Source of the DNA: Eubacteriales bacterium
GTDB lineage: Bacteria > Bacillota > Clostridia > Oscillospirales > SIG627
DNA: 64,000 nt
NCBI GenBank assembly: GCA_045653035.1
Contig: JAZOLO010000006.1
Span: forward strand, 21,066-85,065
Reading direction: 5' to 3'
Shown here: positions 62,777 through 64,000 of the stretch, piece after piece
How the letters are laid out: every line of letters starts with the position of its first letter
Numbering within the stretch: the first letter of the stretch is position 1
The notes under the pieces: model-generated
The model's input: the letters and a program-made list of their open reading frames with translations, nothing else
Database searches by the model: none
Told to the model about the DNA's origin: nothing
Position numbers and translations under genes: made by a program

Positions 62777-63955
62777 GTGAAAAAATTTCAGATTTCAAAA
62801 GGTGCAGAATTTGCAACAGCCCGTCTCTCTAAGGCGGGCTTTTCGGCTTTTCTCGTAGGCGGTGCCGTAAGGGATATGGTTATGGGGAAAGCACCCCACG
62901 ACTTCGATATTGCTACCTCCGCTACACCCGATGAGATGCTTGAAATCTTTAAGGGCGTTACCACCTTTGAAACAGGGGTAACTCACGGTACTGTGGGTGT
63001 ATTTTTTGAGGGTGAAACGGTGGAGATTACAACCTTCCGTGCCGATGGCGATTACTCCGACCACAGACACCCCGAAAAAGTGAGCTTTTCAAGAGAACTC
63101 CGCGACGACCTCTCCCGCCGTGACTTTACCGTAAACGCTATGGCGTATTCAAAGGATACGGGACTGGTTGACCTTTTCGGAGGCAGGGAGGATATTGAAA
63201 AAAAGCTTATAAGATGCGTGGGAAATCCTGAAAAACGCTTTGACGAGGATGCACTCAGAATTCTCCGTGCCCTCCGCTTTGCTTCGGTTCTGGGCTTTGA
63301 AATAGAGGAAGAAACGAAAAAAGCGATACACATGAAAAAAGAGCTTCTGTCATTCGTTTCAAAGGAGAGAATAACCGAGGAAATAAAGAAAGCTGTTGAC
63401 GGCGATGCTTTTCTCACTGTTGCACGTGAGTTTTACGACGTTTTTGAGCTTATTTTCGGAAATCTCGAAAAGGACTTCGGCAAGTCTTTAGTAAGTGCTG
63501 AAAAGGGGACACCACGCCTTGCGGTATTGCTCTCATCTGTTCCTGACTTTGAAAAGGGCATGAGGAGTCTTACCCTTACGAGAAAGGAAAAGGACGTAAT
63601 AACCGCATCTCTTAAAATAGCAAAAGAGTTCTCTTGTGAGAACGAAACGGAGCTAAAAAAGCTCATGTCAAAAAACGGCAAGGACAGAGTTTTACTCGCT
63701 CTCAAAGTACTCGTTTCAAAAAGGGGAGAGGAGAGTATTTTGGGGCTTCTCGCTCTTGCCGAAACGCTTGACGCTATAAATCCCGACACCCTCATGATAA
63801 AGGGACGTGACGTTATTCACGAGGGAGTCCCTCCATCTGCCGAGGTAGGCAAAATGATAGACTCACTCATCGACGACGTTATCGAGGGAAAAGTAGAAAA
63901 CGAAAGAGAAGCACTTCTCTCAGCCCTTCGTGAAAAAATTTCAAAAAAATATTGA
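62777..63955 (+). CDS. cca: CCA-adding tRNA nucleotidyltransferase
   Basis: GGAVRD and DFDIAT motifs of the class II nucleotidyltransferase head. GTG start. Confidence 0.85.
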   Translation: MKKFQISKGAEFATARLSKAGFSAFLVGGAVRDMVMGKAPHDFDIATSATPDEMLEIFKGVTTFETGVTHGTVGVFFEGETVEITTFRADGDYSDHRHPEKVSFSRELRDDLSRRDFTVNAMAYSKDTGLVDLFGGREDIEKKLIRCVGNPEKRFDEDALRILRALRFASVLGFEIEEETKKAIHMKKELLSFVSKERITEEIKKAVDGDAFLTVAREFYDVFELIFGNLEKDFGKSLVSAEKGTPRLAVLLSSVPDFEKGMRSLTLTRKEKDVITASLKIAKEFSCENETELKKLMSKNGKDRVLLALKVLVSKRGEESILGLLALAETLDAINPDTLMIKGRDVIHEGVPPSAEVGKMIDSLIDDVIEGKVENEREALLSALREKISKKY

Positions 63956-63980
63956 CAAATTATATCTTGTATGATATTAT
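63952..63980 (+). promoter_or_regulatory. Sigma-A promoter for a gene beyond the window end
   Basis: TTGACA-17 nt-TATTAT. Confidence 0.5.
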
Positions 63981-64000
63981 AATAAGGCTGTCAAGAACAG

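Overview
This looks like a chromosomal segment from a low-GC, spore-forming Firmicute. It is Clostridia-like: yunB, spoIIR, the PASTA kinase prkC and canonical TTGACA-17-TATAAT promoters are all present. A finer taxonomic call cannot be made without a database search.

Most of the window is ordinary housekeeping:
- infC-rpmI-rplT with its L20 leader
- priA-def-fmt-(Zn peptidase)-rsmB-rlmN-stp-prkC-rsgA
- ylxM-ffh-rpsP-KH
- mtaB, an OmpR/histidine-kinase pair, mscL, rarA, glyA, coaW, cca, nadE and copA/copZ

I found no tRNA or rRNA genes, CRISPR arrays, transposases, integrases or phage genes.

Features worth a second look:
1. A T-box leader, apparently with a Tyr (UAC) specifier, heads an uninterrupted operon with no internal terminator. 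The operon encodes a Na+/solute symporter, an acyl-CoA synthetase, indolepyruvate:ferredoxin oxidoreductase (iorAB), a phenylacetate-CoA ligase and an ACT protein. The T-box logic suggests a starvation-induced, anabolic arylacetate-to-aromatic-amino-acid salvage route rather than catabolism.
2. The acyl-CoA synthetase in that operon carries a single in-frame TGA, while TGA is a genuine stop elsewhere in the window.
3. Several intergenic regions hold structured pseudo-palindromic repeat elements built from a shared motif vocabulary. One hairpin module occurs three times with compensatory stem changes. One element forms the whole 5' leader of mtaB. Another is a periodic hairpin array between copA and copZ. 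A third sits where the conserved rpsP-KH-rimM-trmD-rplS synteny breaks.
4. A minus-strand cluster encodes two zinc-ribbon membrane proteins flanking an ABC-2 exporter. The larger protein ends in an extreme Tyr/Asp-rich repeat tail.
5. An OPT oligopeptide transporter gene overlaps a PqqD/RRE-like gene by ATGA, suggesting translational coupling.

All functional calls come from motif recognition by eye. No homology search or RNA folding was run.
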